A stretch of DNA of 64,000 nt. It comes from a virus (Duplodnaviria; Caudoviricetes). Location of the stretch: IMG/VR virus record IMGVR_UViG_3300025389_001063. One strand, given 5' to 3'. The notes beneath the pieces are model-generated. The model saw nothing but the letters and a program-made list of their open reading frames with translations. It was not told where the DNA came from and searched no databases. Of this stretch, positions 40,894-49,494 are shown piece after piece; positions within the stretch are counted from its first letter, which is position 1; each line of letters starts with the position of its first letter. A program made the position numbers and the translations under genes.

Positions 40894-42081
40894 ATGCTTC
40901 CATCAACAATTGAAGACCTTATACTCTACATCTACGACCCGATGAATGGTTTCGATCGTAAAGGTTTACCGCCTCGCGATAGAAGTATATTATTCAGTAT
41001 GGCTTCACAACTTAAGAAGCCTCTCTCATTAACTGAACGTCAAGGTACGTTAGCAGTTAAGATTATTAGTGAGAATCGTCATCTTTATGAAAGTATATCA
41101 ACCTTAAATTCTTTATTAGAGTTTCCTATCTATAAGAATACATTTCGTGTTGTTGATATAAGTCGTAGAATATTTCTATTTGATAAAGAAACTATTGGAA
41201 TTAAATTTCCGTTTGATGCAGCAATTAATAAACTTCTAGATAGAATTCCTGGACGTAAGATATACGATATTAATTCACGTTGTCACAAATATAAATTAAA
41301 CGAAGTTAATCTTATAGCCATTAGTAATTATTTTCAATCTCATAATTTTCTTATTGATACTAAGATACAAGAATGGATCGATGATATTAAAAAGATATTG
41401 AAGAACCCCGAAGAATATGTCCCCACTATTGATTTTATAAATGGTAATCTTATACTTAGAAACTGTGGACGTAAACTTGAAGAATATTACGAAAATAATA
41501 AGAAAGAAGATCTTATTGCTAATGTCTTTTTAGCAAAAACAATGAACTTAGATTTTACAGTTAATATATCAATGCTTTTAGCAAACGCTGAATGTAACAA
41601 TATTTCTAAGAAACTTTTGGGAGAAAATAAAAATAAATTTTCTATGTCAAATAAAAGAGGTTATACTAAAACTGATGTTACTAACATTTTAAAGGATTCA
41701 CAACTTTATCCTATACTAGTTTCTATAGACGATAATGAAAAACTCTATTCTGATTTTAACGAATGGATTAAGTGTTTTAATAGTATAGGTATAAGCAATA
41801 AAGAAATATCTGTTCTATTTCGTAGTGATAAAACTACAGAATTTAATAATATGATTAAAGAACAAGAACTTAATAATCTTGTTGATATTAATACAAAGGT
41901 TGTTTTCATAAAACATAAAGTACCCAAAATAATATATAAAATAAATTTTGTTCCTAAAATAATTATAAGCACAAGTACATTCTATGTTCATTATACTAAT
42001 CAGAAAATGGTTGACTCACATCCGTTAGTATTGTATTATACTGAACAAGATACTTCGGACAAAAGAATTGCCATCCTGTAA
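40894..42081 (+). CDS. Hypothetical protein upstream of uvsW
   Basis: 395-aa ORF overlapping uvsW start. Confidence 0.6.
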   Translation: MLPSTIEDLILYIYDPMNGFDRKGLPPRDRSILFSMASQLKKPLSLTERQGTLAVKIISENRHLYESISTLNSLLEFPIYKNTFRVVDISRRIFLFDKETIGIKFPFDAAINKLLDRIPGRKIYDINSRCHKYKLNEVNLIAISNYFQSHNFLIDTKIQEWIDDIKKILKNPEEYVPTIDFINGNLILRNCGRKLEEYYENNKKEDLIANVFLAKTMNLDFTVNISMLLANAECNNISKKLLGENKNKFSMSNKRGYTKTDVTNILKDSQLYPILVSIDDNEKLYSDFNEWIKCFNSIGISNKEISVLFRSDKTTEFNNMIKEQELNNLVDINTKVVFIKHKVPKIIYKINFVPKIIISTSTFYVHYTNQKMVDSHPLVLYYTEQDTSDKRIAIL

Positions 42082-43516
42082 ACTTATTATTAAAGATGAA
42101 GTAAACATTAAGTTTGAAGGACTTAGTTTAGAAGCACGTCGCAAACTTGCTAATAAATTTAAGTTCGAAGTTCCTTGGGCAAGATATCAACCATCATATA
42201 GGTTAGGGCGCTGGGACGGTACCGTGGCGTTCTTTGGGGTCGGTGGCACCGGATACATCAATCAACTAGACGAGATCATCCCACTCTTAGAGGCGATGGA
42301 CTATGATATTGAAGTAGAAGACCACCGAACCCATTCTTCTATCCAATTCGAAGATATTGATCAAAACTATTGGGGAGAACTAACTTGGCCTAAAGGTCAC
42401 GTTAAAGAAGGTGAACCAATTGTACTACGTGACTATCAAGTAGATGCTGTTAACAATTTCCTCAAACAATCTACAGCATTACAAGAACTTGCTACCGGTG
42501 CTGGTAAGACAATCATTACTGCTACACTTTGTAAAATATGCGAGAAGTATGGACGTACATTAACTATCGTTCCAAACAAAGGACTTGTAGAACAAACAGA
42601 AGAAGATTTCCGCAACTGTCAATTAGATGTTGGTGTTTATTATGGTGATCGTAAAGAATTAAACAAGACCCATACAATTTGTACTTGGCAGAGTCTAAAC
42701 ATATTAGACAAGAAGAGCCATTATGACGAAACACTTACACTTGCTGAATTCTTAGAAGGCGTTAGTACAGTTATTGTAGACGAAGTGCATCAAGCAAAAG
42801 CAGAAGTTCTAAAGAAATTACTCACAGTTAATCTTGCTAATGCTCCAATACGTTGGGGATTAACTGGTACTGTTCCAAAAGAAAGATTTGAATTTGAGGC
42901 TATTAGATGTAGTCTAGGTGATGTTATTAATAGAATACAAGCACACGAATTACAAGCACAAGGTGTATTAAGCAATTGTCATGTTAATGTATTACAAACA
43001 ACAGATGTAAAAGAATTTAGAGCATATGCAGACGAATACAAATATCTAGTTACAGATGAAGATAGAATGCATTGGCTAGGTAATACAATTAAAGATATTG
43101 CTAAAACTGGAAATACCTTAGTACTTGTTAATAGAATTGAATCAGGAAAGATCTTAATCGATGAAATACCGGAAGCAGTCTTTGTCAGCGGCGAAGTTAA
43201 GAATAAGGATCGCAAAGAGGAATATGATGAGGTTAAAACGGCAACGGACAAAATCATTGTGGCCACATATGGAGTGGCAGCCGTGGGCATTAATATTCCT
43301 AGGATCTTTAATCTTGTTTTACTTGAGCCTGGAAAATCGTTTGTAAGAGTAATTCAAAGTATTGGTAGAGGAATTCGTAAAGCCGAAGATAAGGACTTTG
43401 TACAAATATGGGACATAACATCAACTTGTAAGTATGCCAAACGTCACCTCACGGAACGTAAAAGATATTATAAGGAGGCCAAATATCCCTTTACATTAAC
43501 TAAGGTAGACATATAA
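42068..43516 (+). CDS. uvsW: SF2 DNA helicase UvsW-like
   Basis: LRDYQ, LATGAGKT, DEVH, GLTGT, QSIGRGIR. Confidence 0.92.
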   Translation: MPSCKLIIKDEVNIKFEGLSLEARRKLANKFKFEVPWARYQPSYRLGRWDGTVAFFGVGGTGYINQLDEIIPLLEAMDYDIEVEDHRTHSSIQFEDIDQNYWGELTWPKGHVKEGEPIVLRDYQVDAVNNFLKQSTALQELATGAGKTIITATLCKICEKYGRTLTIVPNKGLVEQTEEDFRNCQLDVGVYYGDRKELNKTHTICTWQSLNILDKKSHYDETLTLAEFLEGVSTVIVDEVHQAKAEVLKKLLTVNLANAPIRWGLTGTVPKERFEFEAIRCSLGDVINRIQAHELQAQGVLSNCHVNVLQTTDVKEFRAYADEYKYLVTDEDRMHWLGNTIKDIAKTGNTLVLVNRIESGKILIDEIPEAVFVSGEVKNKDRKEEYDEVKTATDKIIVATYGVAAVGINIPRIFNLVLLEPGKSFVRVIQSIGRGIRKAEDKDFVQIWDITSTCKYAKRHLTERKRYYKEAKYPFTLTKVDI

Positions 43517-44022
43517 TGAAAATATTAACATTAGATAATCAAGCATTTGATTTAAACAATTTACCAGAAGAAGTAGACGATAGTATGAGGTTCTCTGTTT
43601 TAGATAATTCTAATCCTAACGAACCTGATTTCTTTTTTCAACCACTTATATTTTTAGAAAGTTTTAATGCTCCAGCAGTTGTACTAAAAATAGGACAATA
43701 TGAATTAGAAATGCCATTAGATTGGAGCATAGTAGTTGGTTGTAGAGAAAGCGGAAATGACTTAGAAGTTATTCCTCTTACCAGTTTAACAGATAGAGGA
43801 TTTGATTGTTTTATTTTTAATCCTCTCAGTGGATTTAAATTTAGTTTTCTAGATGTTGAAATTACAAATATCTATATGGATATTAAATGGTATTTTCCAA
43901 AGATGCGTAATGGACAAATATTAACAGTTCCTTTATCAACTGGAGATGATCCTCTTTGTGCTTACTTTGTTAAAGAGATAAGTAGACAGAGCGAAATAAT
44001 ACAATATTCTAAATTGCTCTAG
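43516..44022 (+). CDS. Hypothetical all-beta protein (possible degenerate Hint fold)
   Basis: 168-aa ORF coupled to uvsW; see findings. Confidence 0.55.
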   Translation: MKILTLDNQAFDLNNLPEEVDDSMRFSVLDNSNPNEPDFFFQPLIFLESFNAPAVVLKIGQYELEMPLDWSIVVGCRESGNDLEVIPLTSLTDRGFDCFIFNPLSGFKFSFLDVEITNIYMDIKWYFPKMRNGQILTVPLSTGDDPLCAYFVKEISRQSEIIQYSKLL

Positions 44023-44028
44023 GAGATT

Positions 44029-44397
44029 TTGATGAAATCGGGAAAAGTTTGGGGAGTAACAGAACTCATCCATGCCAACGGAATATTAGAGTTTCATCGT
44101 ATCGATACTAAAAAAGGTGGTGTTTGTAGTAAACATAAACACAAACATAAATGGAATGGCTTCTTTGTTGAAAGTGGTAAACTTCTAATCCGTACTTGGA
44201 AAAATGATTACGATCTTATTGATGAAACTATATTAGAAGCAGGCGATTGGCACGTAGCAAAGCCCGGCGAATTCCATCAATTTGAAGCAGTAGAAGATAC
44301 TATAGCATTTGAATTATATTGGCCTATGTTGCTTATTGATGAACACCCTGATGACATTGTTAGAGAAACTCATGGTTTTGCCAAAGGCAAAAAATGA
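44029..44397 (+). CDS. Cupin-fold protein (sugar isomerase/epimerase-like)
   Basis: CSKHKHKHKWNGFFVESG and LEAGD...KPGEFHQF cupin motifs. Confidence 0.75.
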   Translation: MMKSGKVWGVTELIHANGILEFHRIDTKKGGVCSKHKHKHKWNGFFVESGKLLIRTWKNDYDLIDETILEAGDWHVAKPGEFHQFEAVEDTIAFELYWPMLLIDEHPDDIVRETHGFAKGKK

Positions 44398-45059
44398 CGT
44401 TTAATACATATATTATTAGATTAAAAGGAAATCAACTTTCAGAACAGTTAGCTAAAGATGTATTTCAATCATCTCTAAAATTTAATTTTAATCCAATATA
44501 TTTTGATGCTATTGATAAAAGTAAAGCATTAGATTTTATAAGTTCGGAAAATTTAATCCTAGCTAAAGATAAAAAAATGAAAGCATCTTTAGGAACTATA
44601 GGATGCTTTTGTAGTCATTATAGTTTATGGAAAATAGCTTCAAAACAAGATAAACCAATAATAATTTTAGAACACGATGGGGTTATTATTAACGACTTTA
44701 AAACTATTATTAATCAAATACAAGATGTTTGTCATCTAGATCCAAACGATCCTTATAGTTTTAATTATGATGAATCTGTTTCAAAAGTTAAAGACTTAAA
44801 GGTTGAATATTATCAAAGAGCCGAATTAAAACAAAAAAGAATAACCGGTGGATATTTTAGAGGAGCATATGGATATATTTTGACTCCTTACGGAGCAACT
44901 AAACTAATTAACTTTGTTAGAGAAAAAGGATGTTTTACTGCTGACAGATCTATCTGCGAAAGAGCAGTATTCTTAACACAAACTTCTTATACTTGTGTTA
45001 GATTACATAGTTTTTTTGATTCAGCTAAAAAGATTAAAGATTATTCTACGAGAGATTAA
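44394..45059 (+). CDS. GT25-family glycosyltransferase
   Basis: YIIRL, FDAID, GCFCSHYSLW, IILEHD, GAYGYILTP.GA.KL. Confidence 0.85.
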   Translation: MTFNTYIIRLKGNQLSEQLAKDVFQSSLKFNFNPIYFDAIDKSKALDFISSENLILAKDKKMKASLGTIGCFCSHYSLWKIASKQDKPIIILEHDGVIINDFKTIINQIQDVCHLDPNDPYSFNYDESVSKVKDLKVEYYQRAELKQKRITGGYFRGAYGYILTPYGATKLINFVREKGCFTADRSICERAVFLTQTSYTCVRLHSFFDSAKKIKDYSTRD

Positions 45060-45302
45060 ATGGTAAAACAATATGAAGATGACACATACATATATGAAAG
45101 TCCAGATGGAGGTAAATCTGTTTATCGTAGAGAGATAGGTGGTATCACAAGAGAATTGTTAATATCTTCAGAACCTAATGATTTATTCCATTATGCTGAA
45201 TTTGTTAAAATAATAGACCTATCTTATAAAAACCCTGCGGTGAAGAAGGCTCTTGATAATCTTCTATTAATATACTATACTGTAAGAGATGGGACAGAAT
45301 AA
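45060..45302 (+). CDS. Small hypothetical protein
   Basis: YIYESPDGGKSVYRRE motif; 80 aa. Confidence 0.55.
   Translation: MVKQYEDDTYIYESPDGGKSVYRREIGGITRELLISSEPNDLFHYAEFVKIIDLSYKNPAVKKALDNLLLIYYTVRDGTE
45253..45281 (+). promoter_or_regulatory. Sigma70-like promoter, probably leaderless
   Basis: TTGATA-N17-TATACT, ATG 7 nt later. Confidence 0.6.
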
Positions 45303-45765
45303 ACATATAGACCTCTTTAAGGAAATGATTCCTAGTGTAGACATGGGTATTAAAGACCTGTGGGATGCTGCTACGGACGAAGGTCGAAAAGAAATTAAAG
45401 GTGATCTTTGGAACTTAAACAGGTACATAAGTTCAGTTAAAACTAATAATAGAGAGCAACAAGAATACTTTGTTACTATGGTAAATGAACTTTATAATAA
45501 ACATTGGTTTGAATTACAGAAACATCCTAAACTACTTTGGATTTTACTTTGTATGTGTAGTTGGGATAAAGAGAAAACATTCTTTCATGAATGGATACCT
45601 CTAGGAAAGAAATCTTCCAATAAACGTGTTAAAATATTAGCAGAAGCATATCCTCATCTAAAAGACGACGAACTAGAAGTATTGGCAGAAATAAATGGAA
45701 CCGCTGGCATTAAAGACCTTGCGAGACAGATGGGATATTCCGAAAAGGAGATTAAAAATCTCTAA
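45289..45765 (+). CDS. Probable clamp-loader small subunit (T4 gp62-like)
   Basis: LNRYISS...MVNELYN...HPKLLW..L...HEWI pattern; size and replication-module context. Confidence 0.55.
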   Translation: MGQNKHIDLFKEMIPSVDMGIKDLWDAATDEGRKEIKGDLWNLNRYISSVKTNNREQQEYFVTMVNELYNKHWFELQKHPKLLWILLCMCSWDKEKTFFHEWIPLGKKSSNKRVKILAEAYPHLKDDELEVLAEINGTAGIKDLARQMGYSEKEIKNL

Positions 45766-46435
45766 CTACGTTTGTGAGCATTGCGGCAAGAGTTTTGTTA
45801 AAGAAAAGACCTTAATGGTTCATATGTGTGAACCAAAGCGTCGTTATATGCAACGTGATGAACGTAGAGTACAGAATGGATTTTATGTTTATAATAAATT
45901 TTATAAAATCACACAAAATGCTAAGAAAGAAAAGAAATATGAAGAATTTATAAAGAGTCCCTATTACAATGCATTTGTAAAGTTTGGATCCTTTATGAGT
46001 AATGTTAATCCATTATACCCAGACAAATATATTGATTGGATTATTAAAAGTGGCATTGCACTAGACAAATGGTGCAGAGAAGAAATATATGACAAATATG
46101 TTATTGATCTTATTAGAACAGAACATGTTGAGACTGCGGCAGAAAGATCTATTCAAACTATGGTACAATGGGGAGAAAAACATAGCGCAGGTTGGAATCA
46201 CTATTTTAGTTATGCTAATGTAAATAAGATTGTGTACGATGTAAGAGATGGTAAAATATCGCCGTGGATTATGCTTAATAGTGATAATGGTATTAGATCA
46301 TTACAGAATATGAACGACGAACAATTACAAATCATTGCTCCCATGGTAGACATTGAATTCTGGTCCGATCATTTTAAAAAACATAAAGCAGATACAGAAT
46401 TTGCTAAAAAATTAATAAGGGAGGCAAAGATATGA
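45695..46435 (+). CDS. Protein with N-terminal zinc finger (CEHC...HMC); start possibly ATC 45758
   Basis: YVCEHCGKSFVKEKTLMVHMCE motif. Confidence 0.6.
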   Translation: MEPLALKTLRDRWDIPKRRLKISNYVCEHCGKSFVKEKTLMVHMCEPKRRYMQRDERRVQNGFYVYNKFYKITQNAKKEKKYEEFIKSPYYNAFVKFGSFMSNVNPLYPDKYIDWIIKSGIALDKWCREEIYDKYVIDLIRTEHVETAAERSIQTMVQWGEKHSAGWNHYFSYANVNKIVYDVRDGKISPWIMLNSDNGIRSLQNMNDEQLQIIAPMVDIEFWSDHFKKHKADTEFAKKLIREAKI

Positions 46436-46644
46436 GTGAAGAATTTGAAGATATCCCCGACAATGAAGACAATGGAAATTATCAAGCCGTTGACCTTAAA
46501 TATCAAATCTTTTCCGATGAAAAAGATAACACTGTCTACTTAAAATTTACAGGATTTGATAATCAAAAACAAATGGATAATTTTGTTGAATACATCGACT
46601 TCTCTTTACCATTACTATTATTCAATAGCGATACAAAACACTAA
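46432..46644 (+). CDS. Small acidic hypothetical protein
   Basis: 70-aa ORF coupled on both sides. Confidence 0.5.
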   Translation: MSEEFEDIPDNEDNGNYQAVDLKYQIFSDEKDNTVYLKFTGFDNQKQMDNFVEYIDFSLPLLLFNSDTKH

Positions 46645-47216
46645 TGGATATTGATATTGACTTCTTTGATAGAAACAAAGCACTAGATGTTTTACCTCAT
46701 CGTTTAGCAATGAGGCATCAAAAAGGAGAAGAAGTTAAACATAATACAGGTGTTTACTTTACAGAAATTCCTCACAATCCATTTACAAATATTTCAACTA
46801 TTGACTACGAACAAGCAGAAGAAAGAGGATATTTTAAAATAGACTTTCTTAATGTTAGTATGTATGACGGTGTAAAGGATGAAGAACATCTTATAAAACT
46901 ACTAACACAAGAACCAAATTGGGACTTTCTCGAATACAAAGAAATTGTAGATCAACTATTTCATATTAATGGTCACTTTGATATTGTTAATAAATTAAAA
47001 CCTAAATCAATTGAACAACTTGCTGCTGTATTAGCAATTATACGCCCTGCTAAACGATATCTTGTAGATAGTGATTGGAATACAATTAATAACGAAGTTT
47101 GGACTAAATCTGAAGAAGGATATTTCTTTAAAAAATCACATGCTATAGCATATGCTCATGCCATTGTAGTACAAATGAATTTATTAATAGAACAATCTAA
47201 CGCTTTGGTGTCCTAA
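46644..47216 (+). CDS. Miniature DnaE (family C polymerase alpha) catalytic-core-like protein
   Basis: Ordered motifs DIDIDF, KHNTGVYF, GYFKIDFLNV, LAAVLAIIRPA, FKKSHAIAYA. Confidence 0.75.
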   Translation: MDIDIDFFDRNKALDVLPHRLAMRHQKGEEVKHNTGVYFTEIPHNPFTNISTIDYEQAEERGYFKIDFLNVSMYDGVKDEEHLIKLLTQEPNWDFLEYKEIVDQLFHINGHFDIVNKLKPKSIEQLAAVLAIIRPAKRYLVDSDWNTINNEVWTKSEEGYFFKKSHAIAYAHAIVVQMNLLIEQSNALVS

Positions 47217-47571
47217 CTAATTGTACAGAACGACGTTTTACTCTTTTTAACATAATATTGTGTAAATTTACTACTGGACCTATTAATATCTGAACATCTT
47301 TAGTTGTTAGGTTTTTTATAGCATATCGAAAGACTTCCATCTCTTTTCGTAAGAATATATTAATGGGAATCATTCTGTTTGATTCCCACCACCATACATC
47401 ACCTAATTGTAAAAACGCTTTCTTGTGATCATCACCTTTTAATATATTATAATCATATATGCTCGTTATGTTGTTATCTTGGTTAATTATTATCCCAACA
47501 TACTCGTGGTTACCATATGTGATTACTGTGATGAACGGAAAATCGTCTTCTATCTGTTCTTTTAATAGCAT
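47197..47571 (-). CDS. Hypothetical late protein
   Basis: 124 aa; TAAATA 3 nt upstream within palindrome TAAATATTTA (47571-47580). Confidence 0.6.
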   Translation of the reverse strand: MLLKEQIEDDFPFITVITYGNHEYVGIIINQDNNITSIYDYNILKGDDHKKAFLQLGDVWWWESNRMIPINIFLRKEMEVFRYAIKNLTTKDVQILIGPVVNLHNIMLKRVKRRSVQLVRTPKR

Positions 47572-47596
47572 AAATATTTACAAGGATCCTTTTAAC

Positions 47597-48409
47597 ATGC
47601 ATAAGCAACCAGCGTATTTATACAAAAACGTCCAGGAACTTTATACTGATCTGGATCCAAAATGGATGGGGTATAGGAAGGTGTACGCAAGAACTTTGAA
47701 ACTCTATAAGGGTATTGATAACTCATTTACTATGAAACTAATGAATGGGGATCAGAAACTCCTAGACTTGTCAAATCAAGGACAAACTCTTTGGTTTCAG
47801 ATATTAGATCGCGATACAGCAGAACTTAAATTTATTACCAGCATGGCTATCGATTGTAATACTGCCCCTAATTCATTTGTTACTCTTTCTCTATCGGAAG
47901 GAGATTTAGAACCACTTAATAGTGGACATTATATGTATAGTACATACCTACAAGATGCTACAGGTAAAAGAACTATACTTTACGGAGACTCACAGTTTGG
48001 CGCAAGCGTTCCTGTTGAGATAATAGAAAATGCATTTCCAAATGTTCTACCTTCGCAGGAAGTTCTACATTCAGAATTTATTACTGCGGAGCAAGTTAAC
48101 TATGTGGTCCAAGACAATTCACTCTATACTTCCTCGCTTAACGGTCATCCTGATCTCAATAGTAATACAGCTCTTCATACTGCGGCATTGTATTGTACAG
48201 GATATTCAGGACAGGTTGAGATTCAAGTAACACTCGAGAATGGACATACCGATATTATAAAATTCTCAGTGCTAAAAACTATTACAGTAACTCCAGATCA
48301 AACTATCATTTATGATAACTTCAATGGTATCTATAGTTGGGTTAGATTCCGTATGATACCTGATCTAAGCAATACTGGAACAATTGACAAAATCCTTTAT
48401 CGAAGTTAA
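47597..48409 (+). CDS. Probable structural Ig-like/BppU-N-like protein
   Basis: LYKGIDNSFTMKLMNGDQK.LDLS pattern; late promoter and AAGGA upstream; start Met 47597. Confidence 0.45.
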   Translation: MHKQPAYLYKNVQELYTDLDPKWMGYRKVYARTLKLYKGIDNSFTMKLMNGDQKLLDLSNQGQTLWFQILDRDTAELKFITSMAIDCNTAPNSFVTLSLSEGDLEPLNSGHYMYSTYLQDATGKRTILYGDSQFGASVPVEIIENAFPNVLPSQEVLHSEFITAEQVNYVVQDNSLYTSSLNGHPDLNSNTALHTAALYCTGYSGQVEIQVTLENGHTDIIKFSVLKTITVTPDQTIIYDNFNGIYSWVRFRMIPDLSNTGTIDKILYRS

Positions 48410-48412
48410 TAT
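48384..48412 (+). promoter_or_regulatory. Sigma70-like promoter of primase, probably leaderless
   Basis: TTGACA-N17-TAATAT, ATG 6 nt later. Confidence 0.65.
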
Positions 48413-48418
48413 GCTTGT

Positions 48419-49384
48419 ATGAGTCTTTATGACGACTTACTTGCTCTTGCTCCAAACAAGAAACAGACGCCTAACGGTTGGGTGAGTTTCAATGCTCCTT
48501 GTTGTGTCCATCAAGGTGAGAATCGCGATACAAAGAAACGTGGAGGAATAAAGAGAACCGACGACGGCGGTGCTACATATCATTGCTTTAACTGTGGATA
48601 TAAGGCAAGTTGGAGACCAGGACGTGGACTTAGCAAACGAATGAAAGAATTGCTAGGATGGATGGGCGCAAGTACCGATCAAATTAATAAGATTGCGTTT
48701 GAATGTTTAAAGACCGAAAGTGGACAAAAGGCAGAACATATAGTTGCTATTCCAGAATTTATTCCACGTCCACTACCTAACAACTCATATAAGATTACAG
48801 AAGAACTAGTAATGAATGACGAGAGAGTGCATCCCGTTGTTCAATACTTAGATGGTCGTGGATTAAACATTTATGATCATGATTTATATTGGAGTGAAGG
48901 AAATGGATGGCATGATAAATTGATTATACCTATTACTGTAAATAGACAACTTATGGGATTTGTTGCTCGTAAGATTACAGACGGTGGTCCTAAATATATT
49001 AAAAGTCATCCCCCCTTTATAGTATTCAATTTAGATAAACAAACTTGGGATAAAAAGTTTGTACTAGTGTTTGAAGGTAATATTGATGCTTTATTGTTAG
49101 ACGGTGTTAGTGTAATGACTAATGAATGTAGTCCAGAACAAGCATTACAAATTAATAACTTAGGTAAACAGGTTATCGTTGTTCCAGATCAAGATGCCGC
49201 AGGTGAAACTCTAATTAAACATGCTTTAGAATACGGATGGAGCGTATCTTTTCCTAATTGGGAAGAAGATATTAAAGATGCTGCTGATGCTGTGAAAAGA
49301 TATGGAAGATTAACTACATTGATAAGTATCATAATGAATATAGAAAGTAATCCACTTAAAATTAAATTAAGGATGAAGATATGA
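48419..49384 (+). CDS. gp61: DNA primase (T4 gp61/DnaG-like)
   Basis: Zn-binding NAPCCVH...YHCFNCG; TOPRIM FEGNIDA and VPDQD. Confidence 0.88.
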   Translation: MSLYDDLLALAPNKKQTPNGWVSFNAPCCVHQGENRDTKKRGGIKRTDDGGATYHCFNCGYKASWRPGRGLSKRMKELLGWMGASTDQINKIAFECLKTESGQKAEHIVAIPEFIPRPLPNNSYKITEELVMNDERVHPVVQYLDGRGLNIYDHDLYWSEGNGWHDKLIIPITVNRQLMGFVARKITDGGPKYIKSHPPFIVFNLDKQTWDKKFVLVFEGNIDALLLDGVSVMTNECSPEQALQINNLGKQVIVVPDQDAAGETLIKHALEYGWSVSFPNWEEDIKDAADAVKRYGRLTTLISIIMNIESNPLKIKLRMKI

Positions 49385-49494
49385 AAAAATTATGGGAAAT
49401 TATTACATGGCCCTGGCATGCTATCCGAGACGAATATAAATTTAGAAAACGTCTTAAAGAACTACGTAAGAAAGATCCATTTAATTACAAATGA
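49381..49494 (+). CDS. Small basic protein (37 aa), absent from ORF track
   Basis: MKKLWEIITWPWHAIRDEYKFRKRLKELRKKDPFNYK; ATGA overlaps on both ends. Confidence 0.6.
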   Translation: MKKLWEIITWPWHAIRDEYKFRKRLKELRKKDPFNYK

